A stretch of DNA of 64,000 nt from Spirochaetales bacterium (GCA_003246765.1 QKDA01000231.1:25-64024), one strand, 5' to 3'; positions 1 to 8,345 are shown, counted from the first letter of the stretch. Numbers and translations: made by a program. The notes: generated by a model from the letters alone, not told the origin.

Positions 1-1020
1 CGCTGGGATGATCCCGGAGGGGAGGGGACGGAGAGCTTCCGCGTTACCCCCCCCCGGTATGTAGTCGAGTGCTACGCGTGCGGCCGCCCTTCCTGGCTCG
101 AGGAAATCCTCTTTGACTCAGGCGGCGGGGAGCCCCGGTTCCTGGTGGACCTGGAATACCTCACCGCCGAAAGCTGGTCCGCGGAGTACCATTTGCTTCC
201 GTCCCTTACCCGTTCTAGCGGCGTTAAGAAAACCATATTTATGCCCGGATTCCTGAAGGGCACCGGCGGACTCATCCTGGACAGGCCCTTTATGGACGCC
301 CTGGAGGCCTTCTCGAATCCGGATAGGAGGGCAGGCGAGCGCTCTTCCCTGCTTCGGGAGCTCGGTGCGGTAAAGTCCCTTCCCCCGGAAGCCGATCCTC
401 CCGGGACCTCGGCGTTTTGGTTCCTGCTTTTCAGCTACGAGCACGATTTTTCCGGTCTAGTGAAGGATCTCGCGGCCTTCGCCCGTGATCGGGAGGTGGT
501 CGTCTTTGCCGCGTCGGGACGAAGCGCAGAGCCCTTGAAGCGGGCCTTGGCCGACGCCTTCGCCCGGGAGGAGACCGTGCCCTTCACGGCGGTATTCCTC
601 CCCATGCTGGCCCAGGAAACCTGGGACCGGCTGCTGGCGGCTTCGGATTTTGCGGTGGTTCGGGGGGAGGAAAGCCTTTCCCGGGCGGTGCTGGCGGGCA
701 AACCCTTCCTGTGGGAATGTTATCCCTTCAAAGACGGGGATGGGGAGCGCTCTGGGCATTTTCCCAAGGTACTGGCCCTGCACGACCTCCTCAGGAAGGA
801 GGCGGCCCTTCTCAACGGGGCCTGTCTCGGGGAGGACTATCTGCGCTGGGAAGCCCTGTCCCTGGATTTTAACGGCATGGAAGGGGGCCGCGGCGATCTT
901 CTCGGCGTCCTCAGGTCTCTGCCCGCCGTGGAACCCGCGTTCCGAAATTTGTCCCAAAAGGTCCTTGAAAACGGGAATCTCGCGGTCAACCTGATGACAT
1001 TCCTCGGTATTTCAGGATAG
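1..1020 (+). CDS. earP: EF-P Arg32 rhamnosyltransferase EarP, 5' end outside window
   Basis: Frame 1 is open from nt 1 to the stop at 1018-1020. The product carries blocks I recognise from proteobacterial EarP (DLEYLTAESWSAEYHLLPSL, FMPGF, VVRGEESLSRA). It lies directly upstream of an Arg32-type efp. Confidence 0.8.
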   Translation, partial: RWDDPGGEGTESFRVTPPRYVVECYACGRPSWLEEILFDSGGGEPRFLVDLEYLTAESWSAEYHLLPSLTRSSGVKKTIFMPGFLKGTGGLILDRPFMDALEAFSNPDRRAGERSSLLRELGAVKSLPPEADPPGTSAFWFLLFSYEHDFSGLVKDLAAFARDREVVVFAASGRSAEPLKRALADAFAREETVPFTAVFLPMLAQETWDRLLAASDFAVVRGEESLSRAVLAGKPFLWECYPFKDGDGERSGHFPKVLALHDLLRKEAALLNGACLGEDYLRWEALSLDFNGMEGGRGDLLGVLRSLPAVEPAFRNLSQKVLENGNLAVNLMTFLGISG

Positions 1021-1083
1021 AATGGAAAAACTCGCCGTCTTTGCGCGGCGTGAACCCTAATCCTTTTTTTGAGAGAAGATATC

Positions 1084-1650
1084 ATGTTAGCAGCTTCACA
1101 ATTGCGCGTCGGCACCGTTTTCATGAACGGCAACGACCCGATGATCGTCCAGCGCATGCTCGGCAACAAGAGCGGCCGCGGTTCCATGGTGTACCGGCTC
1201 CGCATCAAGAACATCGTTACCGGCCAGACCATGGACGTCGGTTTCGATTCCAGCGAGAAGTTCCAGGAAGCGGAACTCGATTTCCACAAGGTTAAGCTTT
1301 CCTACATCGACGGCGACACCTACGTTTTCATGGAAGAAGAGACCTACGAGCAGTTCGAGATTTCCAAGGAAGACCTCGGGGACAACACGAACTACATCAC
1401 CGACGGAGATGAATTCGTGCTGGAGCTCACCTTCTATAACGGCAAGCCCGTGGGCGTGACCCTCCCTATCCTTATCGAGCGGGAAATCACCTACTGCGAG
1501 CCCGGCCTCAAGGGCGACACCTCGGGAAAAGCCACCAAGTCCGCCACCCTCGACACGGGTTTCGAGCTTCAGGTACCGCTTTTCTGCGAGATCGGCACCC
1601 GCATCATGGTCGATACCCGGGACGGCTCCTTCTCCGAGCGGGCAAAGTAA
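1084..1650 (+). CDS. efp: Elongation factor P, Arg32 (EarP-dependent) type
   Basis: Full-length EF-P-like sequence (LRVGTVF..., KPVGVTLP, YCEPGLKGDT). With ATG 1084 as start, the loop KSGRGS places Arg at residue 32 in place of the Lys of KPGKG-type EF-P. The ORF-track TTG at 1069 is a less likely start. Confidence 0.95.
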   Translation: MLAASQLRVGTVFMNGNDPMIVQRMLGNKSGRGSMVYRLRIKNIVTGQTMDVGFDSSEKFQEAELDFHKVKLSYIDGDTYVFMEEETYEQFEISKEDLGDNTNYITDGDEFVLELTFYNGKPVGVTLPILIEREITYCEPGLKGDTSGKATKSATLDTGFELQVPLFCEIGTRIMVDTRDGSFSERAK

Positions 1651-1692
1651 GCCCGTTCCCCAAGCGCCGAAACGAAGGTTTTAGTGCCGCAT

Positions 1693-1724
1693 GACCCCGG
1701 TCTCGAACCGGGGTCTTTTTTTTT
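1693..1724 (+). terminator. Rho-independent terminator of efp
   Basis: GACCCCGG-tctcgaa-CCGGGGTC hairpin followed by a run of nine T, about 40 nt after the efp stop. Confidence 0.8.
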
Positions 1725-1844
1725 CTTGGACCCCCGGAACCTGAAACCCTTGCCTCCCTTGACAGCTCCCGGGACCGCCTTTATGCTTGAGTACGGAAGT
1801 CATTGTCGGGAAACGTTTTATTTCCCGCTGAAAAGAAGGTATCT

Positions 1845-3431
1845 ATGCTGCCCACTCGGTTTTTCAACAATTCGGGACCAGTCAACGACCGGGATCACTT
1901 TTGCGTCCCTCCCATTCAGCGTCTTGACGTACGCAAAATTTGGCAGCTTATCCTCCAGAAGAAATATTTCCTAATCCGCGGTCCCAAGCAGTGCGGCAAG
2001 ACGTCCTTTTTGCTCGCCTTCGCTGAAATGCTCAATAGGGACGGCAAGGCCAAGTGCCTGTACATGAACGTGGAGTCGCTTCGGGGCGTTCAGGAAGACG
2101 TGGAGGAATGCATCCGCAGCATCCTATTCGAAATTTCCTCCCGGGCGCGGGATACCTTCGACGACGATTACCTGGAAGACCTGGTTCCCGAAATTCTCGC
2201 GAAGCGGGGTCCCTACCAGGCCTTAAACGAGTTTCTTACCCAATGGTCAAAGCGCTCAGACAAGCCCGTGGTCCTCTTCATAGACGAGATCGACACCCTG
2301 GACGGCTCGGTGCTGACCCCGATCTTGAGCCAAATTCGGGCGGGTTACGACAAACGGCCCGCCTTCTTTCCCCAGAGCATCGTTTTTTGCGCTACCCATG
2401 ACGTGATCGACAAGCAGTTCAACATCAAGGACGCCAGCATCCAGATCGGATTCTTTAAGCGGGACGAGCTGGACGCCATGTTCTCTTCCTACGCCGATGA
2501 ATTCGGACTCAAGCTGACCCGGGAGGCCCTGGACAGGGTTTGGGACTATACCTCCGGTCAGCCGTGGATCGTGAGCAGCCTGGCGGAGGAAATTTTCTCC
2601 GTCATCGTCCCCGCGAAGAAAATTACCCGGATCATGGCGCGCCCCGTGGATGAGGCCTTTCAGAATCTGCTGGCCCGCCGGGGCAACCACCTGGACTTTC
2701 TGACCACCCAGCTCCGGGACGAGCGGGTAATGCGTTGCCTCATGCCCATTCTCACGGGGGGACTCCTGGCGGATCAGGTATCCGAGACGGATATCGAATA
2801 TACCCGGGAACTGGGCATTATCGCCCCGAACAGGAAAACCTTCGACAATATGCTTTATACCCAGGTACTTCCCGGGGTCCTGTTCGGTTCCGTCACCTAC
2901 ATGATCAACCTTTCGGCGGAACGGTTTCTCAGGAGCGACCAGAGCATCGATTCGGGAAAGCTGGTGAAGTCCTTCCAGTTGTTCTACCAAAACCACATAG
3001 ACCGGCTCGTGGAAAGGATTAATTACGGTCCCGCAGGCTACGTACTGGTTTTCCAGGCGCTCCTCAAGAAGCTGGAGGACGGAAACTGCACTATAACCAG
3101 GGATTTCTCCGCCGAAAGGGGATTTACCGAGGTTACCGTCAATTGGCATTTCCCCGCCGAGCAGAGCGTGATCTTTCTCATCAAGCTGGTCAGGGTTCAA
3201 TCCATCGACCGCTACAAGCAGATGGTCCCCTCCCTGGCGGAGTGTTTCCAGATCTGGAGCTCTTCGCACCCCAACCTGTCCGGAGGCATGGGAACCGAAA
3301 CCTCCCCGGGGACGACTCCGGAAGTCCATGTCATCGCCATCAACACGAACCCGAAGTTTCAGTGGGAGGACCGAATGCCCCATGAGAAGCGGATCGTCGG
3401 CGGGGTCCCGGTTCACGTGTGGGGCTTTTAG
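1845..3431 (+). CDS. AAA-family ATPase of unknown role
   Basis: Walker A GPKQCGKTS and Walker B VVLFIDEID. ATG 1845 is preceded by GAAGG; the ORF-track start at 1803 is an alternative. The C-terminal about 250 aa is unassigned. Confidence 0.7.
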   Translation: MLPTRFFNNSGPVNDRDHFCVPPIQRLDVRKIWQLILQKKYFLIRGPKQCGKTSFLLAFAEMLNRDGKAKCLYMNVESLRGVQEDVEECIRSILFEISSRARDTFDDDYLEDLVPEILAKRGPYQALNEFLTQWSKRSDKPVVLFIDEIDTLDGSVLTPILSQIRAGYDKRPAFFPQSIVFCATHDVIDKQFNIKDASIQIGFFKRDELDAMFSSYADEFGLKLTREALDRVWDYTSGQPWIVSSLAEEIFSVIVPAKKITRIMARPVDEAFQNLLARRGNHLDFLTTQLRDERVMRCLMPILTGGLLADQVSETDIEYTRELGIIAPNRKTFDNMLYTQVLPGVLFGSVTYMINLSAERFLRSDQSIDSGKLVKSFQLFYQNHIDRLVERINYGPAGYVLVFQALLKKLEDGNCTITRDFSAERGFTEVTVNWHFPAEQSVIFLIKLVRVQSIDRYKQMVPSLAECFQIWSSSHPNLSGGMGTETSPGTTPEVHVIAINTNPKFQWEDRMPHEKRIVGGVPVHVWGF

Positions 3432-3518
3432 GGGGGATTCTCCAAAATTCCCCTTATTTGTCTGAATTCCGCGCCACCCCGTGATAAACTTGACCGTAAA
3501 AAGTCGAGGTAAGGGTTT

Positions 3519-4196
3519 TTGACAAACGAACAAGTCGATGCGAGAAATTGCAATATTTTCATAATCGGCCCCCAGAACCTTCAAAACGAATTCTTCACCT
3601 ATGTTATCCAGAAGGAGCTTTCGTTTCCCTGTTATCTTTATGACAAGGAATTGAACCCCCTACGGTCCGGAACGGCGGCGAAGGCCGAGGAAGCCGTCGG
3701 TAAAACGCTCCTTTTGATTGACGTGGAATTTCATTGCTTTGAGGAAATTATCGAGGCGGCTTCGGCCAAGCCCCTTTTTACGGATTCCTACGTGGCGTTG
3801 ATAAATCTTAAGGAAAACACCGGAATCGAAAAAAAGGCCCTCTCGAAAAACGTTCGCGGTTTTTTCTATAAAGACGATCATTTCGAGCTGTTCCTCAAGG
3901 GAGTGCGCAATATTCTCAACGGCGAGGTTTGGATTTCCCGGTCGGTATTGCTCCAATGCGTGTACGATGGCTTACGGGATAAACAGGGCGAACCGGAAGC
4001 CCGGAGTTGCCTGACTACCCGGGAAGTCGAAATCCTTTCCCTCGTTAGCCAGGGCGCCAGCAACGACGAAATTGCCCGAAAGATGTTCATCAGCACGAAT
4101 ACCGTGAAGACCCATCTCTATAACATATTTAAAAAAATCAACGTAACCAACCGTCTCCAGGCATCCCAGTGGGCTACCTTAAACATACTTGCGTAG
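3519..4196 (+). CDS. VpsT/CsgD-family LuxR-type transcriptional regulator
   Basis: C-terminal HTH TTREVEILSLVSQGASNDEIARKMFISTNTVKTHLYNIFKKINVTNRLQASQWA is nearly colinear with E. coli CsgD as I remember it. It has a receiver-like N-domain and a W-I-S-R motif at the position of the VpsT c-di-GMP motif. TTG start, with no in-frame ATG near the 5' end. Confidence 0.8.
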   Translation: MTNEQVDARNCNIFIIGPQNLQNEFFTYVIQKELSFPCYLYDKELNPLRSGTAAKAEEAVGKTLLLIDVEFHCFEEIIEAASAKPLFTDSYVALINLKENTGIEKKALSKNVRGFFYKDDHFELFLKGVRNILNGEVWISRSVLLQCVYDGLRDKQGEPEARSCLTTREVEILSLVSQGASNDEIARKMFISTNTVKTHLYNIFKKINVTNRLQASQWATLNILA

Positions 4197-4295
4197 GCGA
4201 TTTCACGATCACCGACCGGCGTAACGACTGAGTCGTAAAACAATCCGTCATAATCCAGGTCTATCGAAATATAAAAAGCGAAAAAACGGCTTTCG

Positions 4296-4324
4296 TTGAA
4301 AGTTGAGTATTCCCGTCCTATACT
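4296..4324 (+). promoter_or_regulatory. Candidate sigma-70 promoter for the repeat lipoprotein gene
   Basis: TTGAAA (4296-4301), 17-nt spacer, TATACT (4319-4324), about 130 nt upstream of ATG 4456. Confidence 0.4.
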
Positions 4325-4455
4325 CTTAACCATAAAGTTTATTCGCACGTATAAAAATCGTGAAATGCTCCCTTCTTCGGCCGATTATTTAAATTAATCC
4401 TGTTATCGGGAATGAAATCGAGTTTTTTACGAATTCTCCAACTAAGGAGTGAATA

Positions 4456-6432
4456 ATGAAACGTTTCCTGATTTTCGCAATGGCAAGTTCCGTTGCGTTT
4501 ATGCTTGCATCGTGCGTTGATTTCAACGCGAACGCTAATAACGCTAATTTGTCTGAATTGGTTCTTTCAAGCGGGGAACTAACGCCTGCATTTAAACCGG
4601 ATGTTACGAAGTATACGGTCTCCGTAGATTATACGGTTACGGAAATAACGGCGACGGGAACGGCCGAAAGCGCCGCCGCGACGGTCGGCGGGCAATCTGG
4701 CCAAAGCGTATCCCTGGCGGTAGGAGACACGGATATCGCCATCGAAGTGACTGCCGAGGACGGCGTAACGGTAAAAACCTACACCGTTACCGTGACCCGC
4801 GAAGAAGCGGGCCTGCCTTCTACAAACGCGAATCTTTCCGAAATACTATTGAGCGCGGGAAGCCTGACGCCCGCCTTCGCGCCGAACGTTACCGCGTATG
4901 CCGTATCCGTACCTTACGGGGTGACGGAAATAACGGCGACGGGAACGGCCGTAAGCGCCGCCGCAGCGGTCGGCGGGCAATCGGGGCAAAGCGTTCCCCT
5001 GGCGGTAGGGGAGACGGATATCGCCATCGAAGTGACTGCCGAGGACGGCGTAACGGTAAAAACCTACACCGTTACCGTGACCCGCGAAGAAGCGGTCCTG
5101 CCTTCCACTAACGCGAATCTATCCGAAATAGTATTGAGCGCGGGAAGCCTGACGCCCGCCTTCGCGTCTAACGTGACCGCGTATGCCGTATCCGTACCTT
5201 ACGGGGTGACGGAAATAACGGCGACGGGAACGGCAGAAAGCGCCGCCGCGACGGTCGGCGGGCAATCGGGGCAAAGCGTATCCCTGGCGGTAGGGGATAC
5301 GGATATCGCCATCGAAGTGACTGCCGAGGACGGCGTGACGGTAAAAACCTATACCGTCACCGTGACCCGCGAAGAAGCGGTCCTGCCTTCCGCAAACGCA
5401 AATCTTTCCAAAATAGAATTGAGCGCGGGAAGCCTGACGCCCGCCTTCGCGCCTAACGTGACCGCGTATGCCGTATCCGTACCTTACGGGGTGACGGAAA
5501 TAACGGCGACGGGAACGGCCGAAAGCGCCGCCGCGGCGGTCGGCGGGCAATCGGGACAAAGCGTTTCCCTGGCGGTAGGAGACACGGATATCGCGATCGA
5601 TGTGACGGCCGAGGACGGAGTGACGGTAAAAACCTACACCGTTACCGTGACCCGAGCGAATATCGTCAAGGTAATCAACGCAAACAATTACGATCCTTCC
5701 GCCTTGTCCGACGGTGAAATCCTGGCAGCAGCTTCGCTTGACGTCTATCTCGAACACGCTTCCGTCGGGGGCTATATCACCGGCGGCGCGCCGATCGGAG
5801 ACTGGCCCTTCGATGGATTGGGGGCGCTTGCGGCCGCGGACTCTCGATACGCTTGCGGCCGAGCATCGTGGGAAAGCCCCTCAACGTCTTCTTGGAACGG
5901 GGTAGCGAACGCGGCATGGTTCGACACAAATAACGGGTTGGGAGATCTTTTCAGGGGGAATCCTTCCGCCGCGACCAAGGTGTCTGGGTTTGAGGCTGCC
6001 ATGAACTATTCCGCCGGGGTTTTAGGCGCCGCCGTAGACGTTGCCATGTTTAAATTCTGCTACATCGATTCGCCCGCCTCCTCAACCGTTCAGTTCGATA
6101 CCGCCCGCGCGGCCATAGAGCGGCTGGAAGCAAGTTATCCAAACGTGACCTTCGTGTGGTGGACGATGCCGATCGAGGAAACCGGTAACGCGGCCCGCCA
6201 GGGGTATAACGATCTCGTGCGTACCTACTGCAACGATAACGACAAGTGGCTTTACGATATAGCTGATTTGGAAAGCCATGACGATTCGGGTATGGCCTAT
6301 ACGGATTCTTTCGGCCATGAGGTTCTGTACGCCGGATACAGCCATGACGGGGGACATCCCAACGGCCCGGGTGTTTTTAAACTCGCGAAAGCGTACTGGA
6401 AACTGATCGCCGAAATCGCGAAAACTCGTTGA
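4456..6432 (+). CDS. Secreted lipoprotein: four cadherin-like beta-sandwich repeats plus a C-terminal SGNH-like domain
   Basis: RBS AAGGAG and lipobox MLASC. Four 95-aa repeats (NANLSE..LS.G.LTPAF.P.VT.Y.VSV...VTEITATGTA) resemble the Cadherin-like (PF12733-type) repeat. The C-terminal about 250 aa is paralogous to the product of 12442-13257 (F/MKFCY.D, YPNVTFV, D.GH.NG). Confidence 0.75.
   Translation: MKRFLIFAMASSVAFMLASCVDFNANANNANLSELVLSSGELTPAFKPDVTKYTVSVDYTVTEITATGTAESAAATVGGQSGQSVSLAVGDTDIAIEVTAEDGVTVKTYTVTVTREEAGLPSTNANLSEILLSAGSLTPAFAPNVTAYAVSVPYGVTEITATGTAVSAAAAVGGQSGQSVPLAVGETDIAIEVTAEDGVTVKTYTVTVTREEAVLPSTNANLSEIVLSAGSLTPAFASNVTAYAVSVPYGVTEITATGTAESAAATVGGQSGQSVSLAVGDTDIAIEVTAEDGVTVKTYTVTVTREEAVLPSANANLSKIELSAGSLTPAFAPNVTAYAVSVPYGVTEITATGTAESAAAAVGGQSGQSVSLAVGDTDIAIDVTAEDGVTVKTYTVTVTRANIVKVINANNYDPSALSDGEILAAASLDVYLEHASVGGYITGGAPIGDWPFDGLGALAAADSRYACGRASWESPSTSSWNGVANAAWFDTNNGLGDLFRGNPSAATKVSGFEAAMNYSAGVLGAAVDVAMFKFCYIDSPASSTVQFDTARAAIERLEASYPNVTFVWWTMPIEETGNAARQGYNDLVRTYCNDNDKWLYDIADLESHDDSGMAYTDSFGHEVLYAGYSHDGGHPNGPGVFKLAKAYWKLIAEIAKTR
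4540..5654 (+). repeat. Four in-frame tandem repeats of 285 bp inside the lipoprotein CDS
   Basis: The unit start motif aacgc(g/t/a)aat recurs at 4540, 4825, 5110 and 5395, exactly 285 nt apart. Units 2-4 are near-identical at the DNA level. Confidence 0.9.
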
Positions 6433-6942
6433 CGAAATCCCGTTTCGAGACTGCTCCTGACGGGGGTGGCGAGTCTCTTGATTCAAACATTCGATTACAT
6501 GCGTTCGGTGTCCATTGAGTATCAGGTTTGAATTTAAATAATACCTCAAGGTTCCTTCATAGCCTTTAAGACTGGCGACGAATGCATTCGCAATATTCTG
6601 TGTAGTGATGAATATCAAAATGGATCACTGTTAAAAGTGCGAAGTTAAGCCCCGAGTGTATACCTATGTTTGCGATATGCATTCTCGATACTCATCAACG
6701 TAATGCTTTTTGCGTCAAAAGTATTAGTTGCTTGTAATGGTGTTCGATGGTAACCGATTCAACGTCTCATGTTCGCTACTACTTTAGTAGTAGGACCAGG
6801 GTAGTGATTATTACCGAAAAAAATCTATCAAAATCATACCGCAGGTTCATGGAATGTTATAGAAATTGGAGATATCTTAAGTAAAGTGCATTTTGATTCG
6901 AGTTTTTCTCAAAAGGTTTGATGTTAAGAAGGAGAAGGTATA

Positions 6943-8109
6943 ATGAAAACCTCTAGAAAACGATATCGGATGCCTGGCCTCATTCAAGTTCAACTTTCGA
7001 CCAAAAACAATATTTTTTCCGCTTCTGAATTCGAGTCCCTGGTACGTTACGAGAGAATTCGATCCGACAGGAACGGAAATCATTTTTCAGTCGCGGTTTT
7101 TAGCATGCCCGATATGACCCAGATTATTCCCCAACGGGTTATTTCCGAACTGGCAAACCTATCAAGGGCGATAGATTGCATCGGGTGGAGCGAGTCGAGC
7201 CAGGTAAGCGTTTTATTGCCGGATACGAGCAAAGACGGAGCGGAGGTATTCTCGAAAAAAGTCGTCGAGGGTGTCCTTGAGACCTGTTCGATTTGCATGG
7301 ACGTTTCCCTGTATTCATACCCCGAGCACTGGCTCGCAAATTCGACCGAGTTCGCGTATATCCCGGAGGCTGAACATCAGGAGTTGCGATCCTTTCGCGA
7401 ACGGCTCGAGGTTTTGTTCGTCAAGAAAATACCCGGTTGGAAGCGGGTTACCGACATCACATTCTCGCTCATGCTTGTCGTGCTATGTTTGCCTATTCTT
7501 GCCATAACGGCGATATATATCAAATTGGTGTCTCCCGGACCGGTCATATTCAAGCAAACCAGAATCGGCTACAAGGGACTTCCGTTCACGCTCTATAAGT
7601 TCAGGTCCATGCATGTGGCAAACAACCAGGGCTTTCACGGTAAGCATGCCCAGCAGTTCATCAAGGACGGCGACGTGCCGATGGAAAAACTCGATGGCCA
7701 CGATTCGCGCATCATTTTTGGCGGGAAGATTTTGCGAAAGTCTTGCATCGATGAATTGCCCCAATTATTGAACGTGCTGCGCGGCGACATGAGCTTAGTC
7801 GGCCCGAGGCCTTGCATTCCCTACGAGGCAAAGGAATATTTGCGGTGGCATACGCACCGGTTCGACGTTCTCCCCGGGCTTTCTGGATTATGGCAGGTCA
7901 GCGGAAAAAACAAGCTGACGTTCAAGCAAATGATCAGACTCGATATCACCTATTGCCAAACGATATCCTTCTTTAGGGATATGGCAATCATATTTATGAC
8001 CCCGATATCAATCGTTAAAATGATCGTCGAGGCTATCCTTTCCCGCGAAAGCTTCAAGGCAGACGGAAGCGGCGGATCGGGCCAGAACGGCATGGTCATC
8101 AACCTGTAG
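6943..8109 (+). CDS. Priming polyprenyl-phosphate sugar-phosphate transferase (bacterial sugar transferase, WbaP/EpsB type) with an N-terminal degenerate GGDEF-like domain
   Basis: RBS AAGGAG. C-terminal PGT blocks: KLVSPGPVIFKQTRIGYKGLPFTLYKFRSM, DELPQLLNVLRGDMSLVGPRP, PGLSGLWQVSG. The N-terminal about 130 aa aligns to the GGDEF fold (see finding). Confidence 0.85.
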   Translation: MKTSRKRYRMPGLIQVQLSTKNNIFSASEFESLVRYERIRSDRNGNHFSVAVFSMPDMTQIIPQRVISELANLSRAIDCIGWSESSQVSVLLPDTSKDGAEVFSKKVVEGVLETCSICMDVSLYSYPEHWLANSTEFAYIPEAEHQELRSFRERLEVLFVKKIPGWKRVTDITFSLMLVVLCLPILAITAIYIKLVSPGPVIFKQTRIGYKGLPFTLYKFRSMHVANNQGFHGKHAQQFIKDGDVPMEKLDGHDSRIIFGGKILRKSCIDELPQLLNVLRGDMSLVGPRPCIPYEAKEYLRWHTHRFDVLPGLSGLWQVSGKNKLTFKQMIRLDITYCQTISFFRDMAIIFMTPISIVKMIVEAILSRESFKADGSGGSGQNGMVINL

Positions 8110-8192
8110 GAAGTTATATTAACAGCGAAACGATGCGGCATAGATGTCGCGGAGATTCGCCGGTAATAAATATTGTGAGAAGGAGGTCGAAG

Positions 8193-8333
8193 ATGAAAAA
8201 AACGTACAATGCCCCCCAGCTGAAAACCGAAAAGCTTGAAATCGGCGTATTCGGTGATTACACTGGCGAGTCCCACCACAACTGGAATCCCATCGGAATT
8301 TTGCATCCTCTCTTCGGTTTGTGCTGTAGTTGA
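8193..8333 (+). CDS. 46-aa peptide MKKTYNAPQLKTEKLEIGVFGDYTGESHHNWNPIGILHPLFGLCCS, a candidate RiPP precursor
   Basis: AGGAGG (8181-8186) lies 6 nt before ATG 8193, and an 11-bp-stem hairpin follows the stop. It is shorter than the 66-aa ORF-track entry (8133-8333) in the same frame. Confidence 0.55.
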   Translation: MKKTYNAPQLKTEKLEIGVFGDYTGESHHNWNPIGILHPLFGLCCS

Positions 8334-8345
8334 ATAAGGGATTTG

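Noticed and set aside
6573-6590. TGGCGAcgaatGCATTcgc as a sigma-54 -24/-12 element upstream of the priming transferase.
   Set aside because: The GG-to-GC spacing is two nucleotides too short relative to TGGCAC-N5-TTGC.
6082-6618. 178-aa minus-strand ORF extending from the AT-rich gap into the 3' end of the lipoprotein gene.
   Set aside because: Two-thirds of it is antisense to a well-supported CDS. It has no RBS or motif, and the intergenic part has non-coding composition.
8193-8333. The 46-aa peptide as a bona fide lasso precursor.
   Set aside because: Only the YxxPxL part of the lasso leader motif is present; the Gly and penultimate Thr positions read Lys and Phe. No core start gives the usual G/A/S/C-1 with a D/E-7/8/9 ring preceded by Thr at -2. 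It is kept only as a generic RRE-type precursor candidate.
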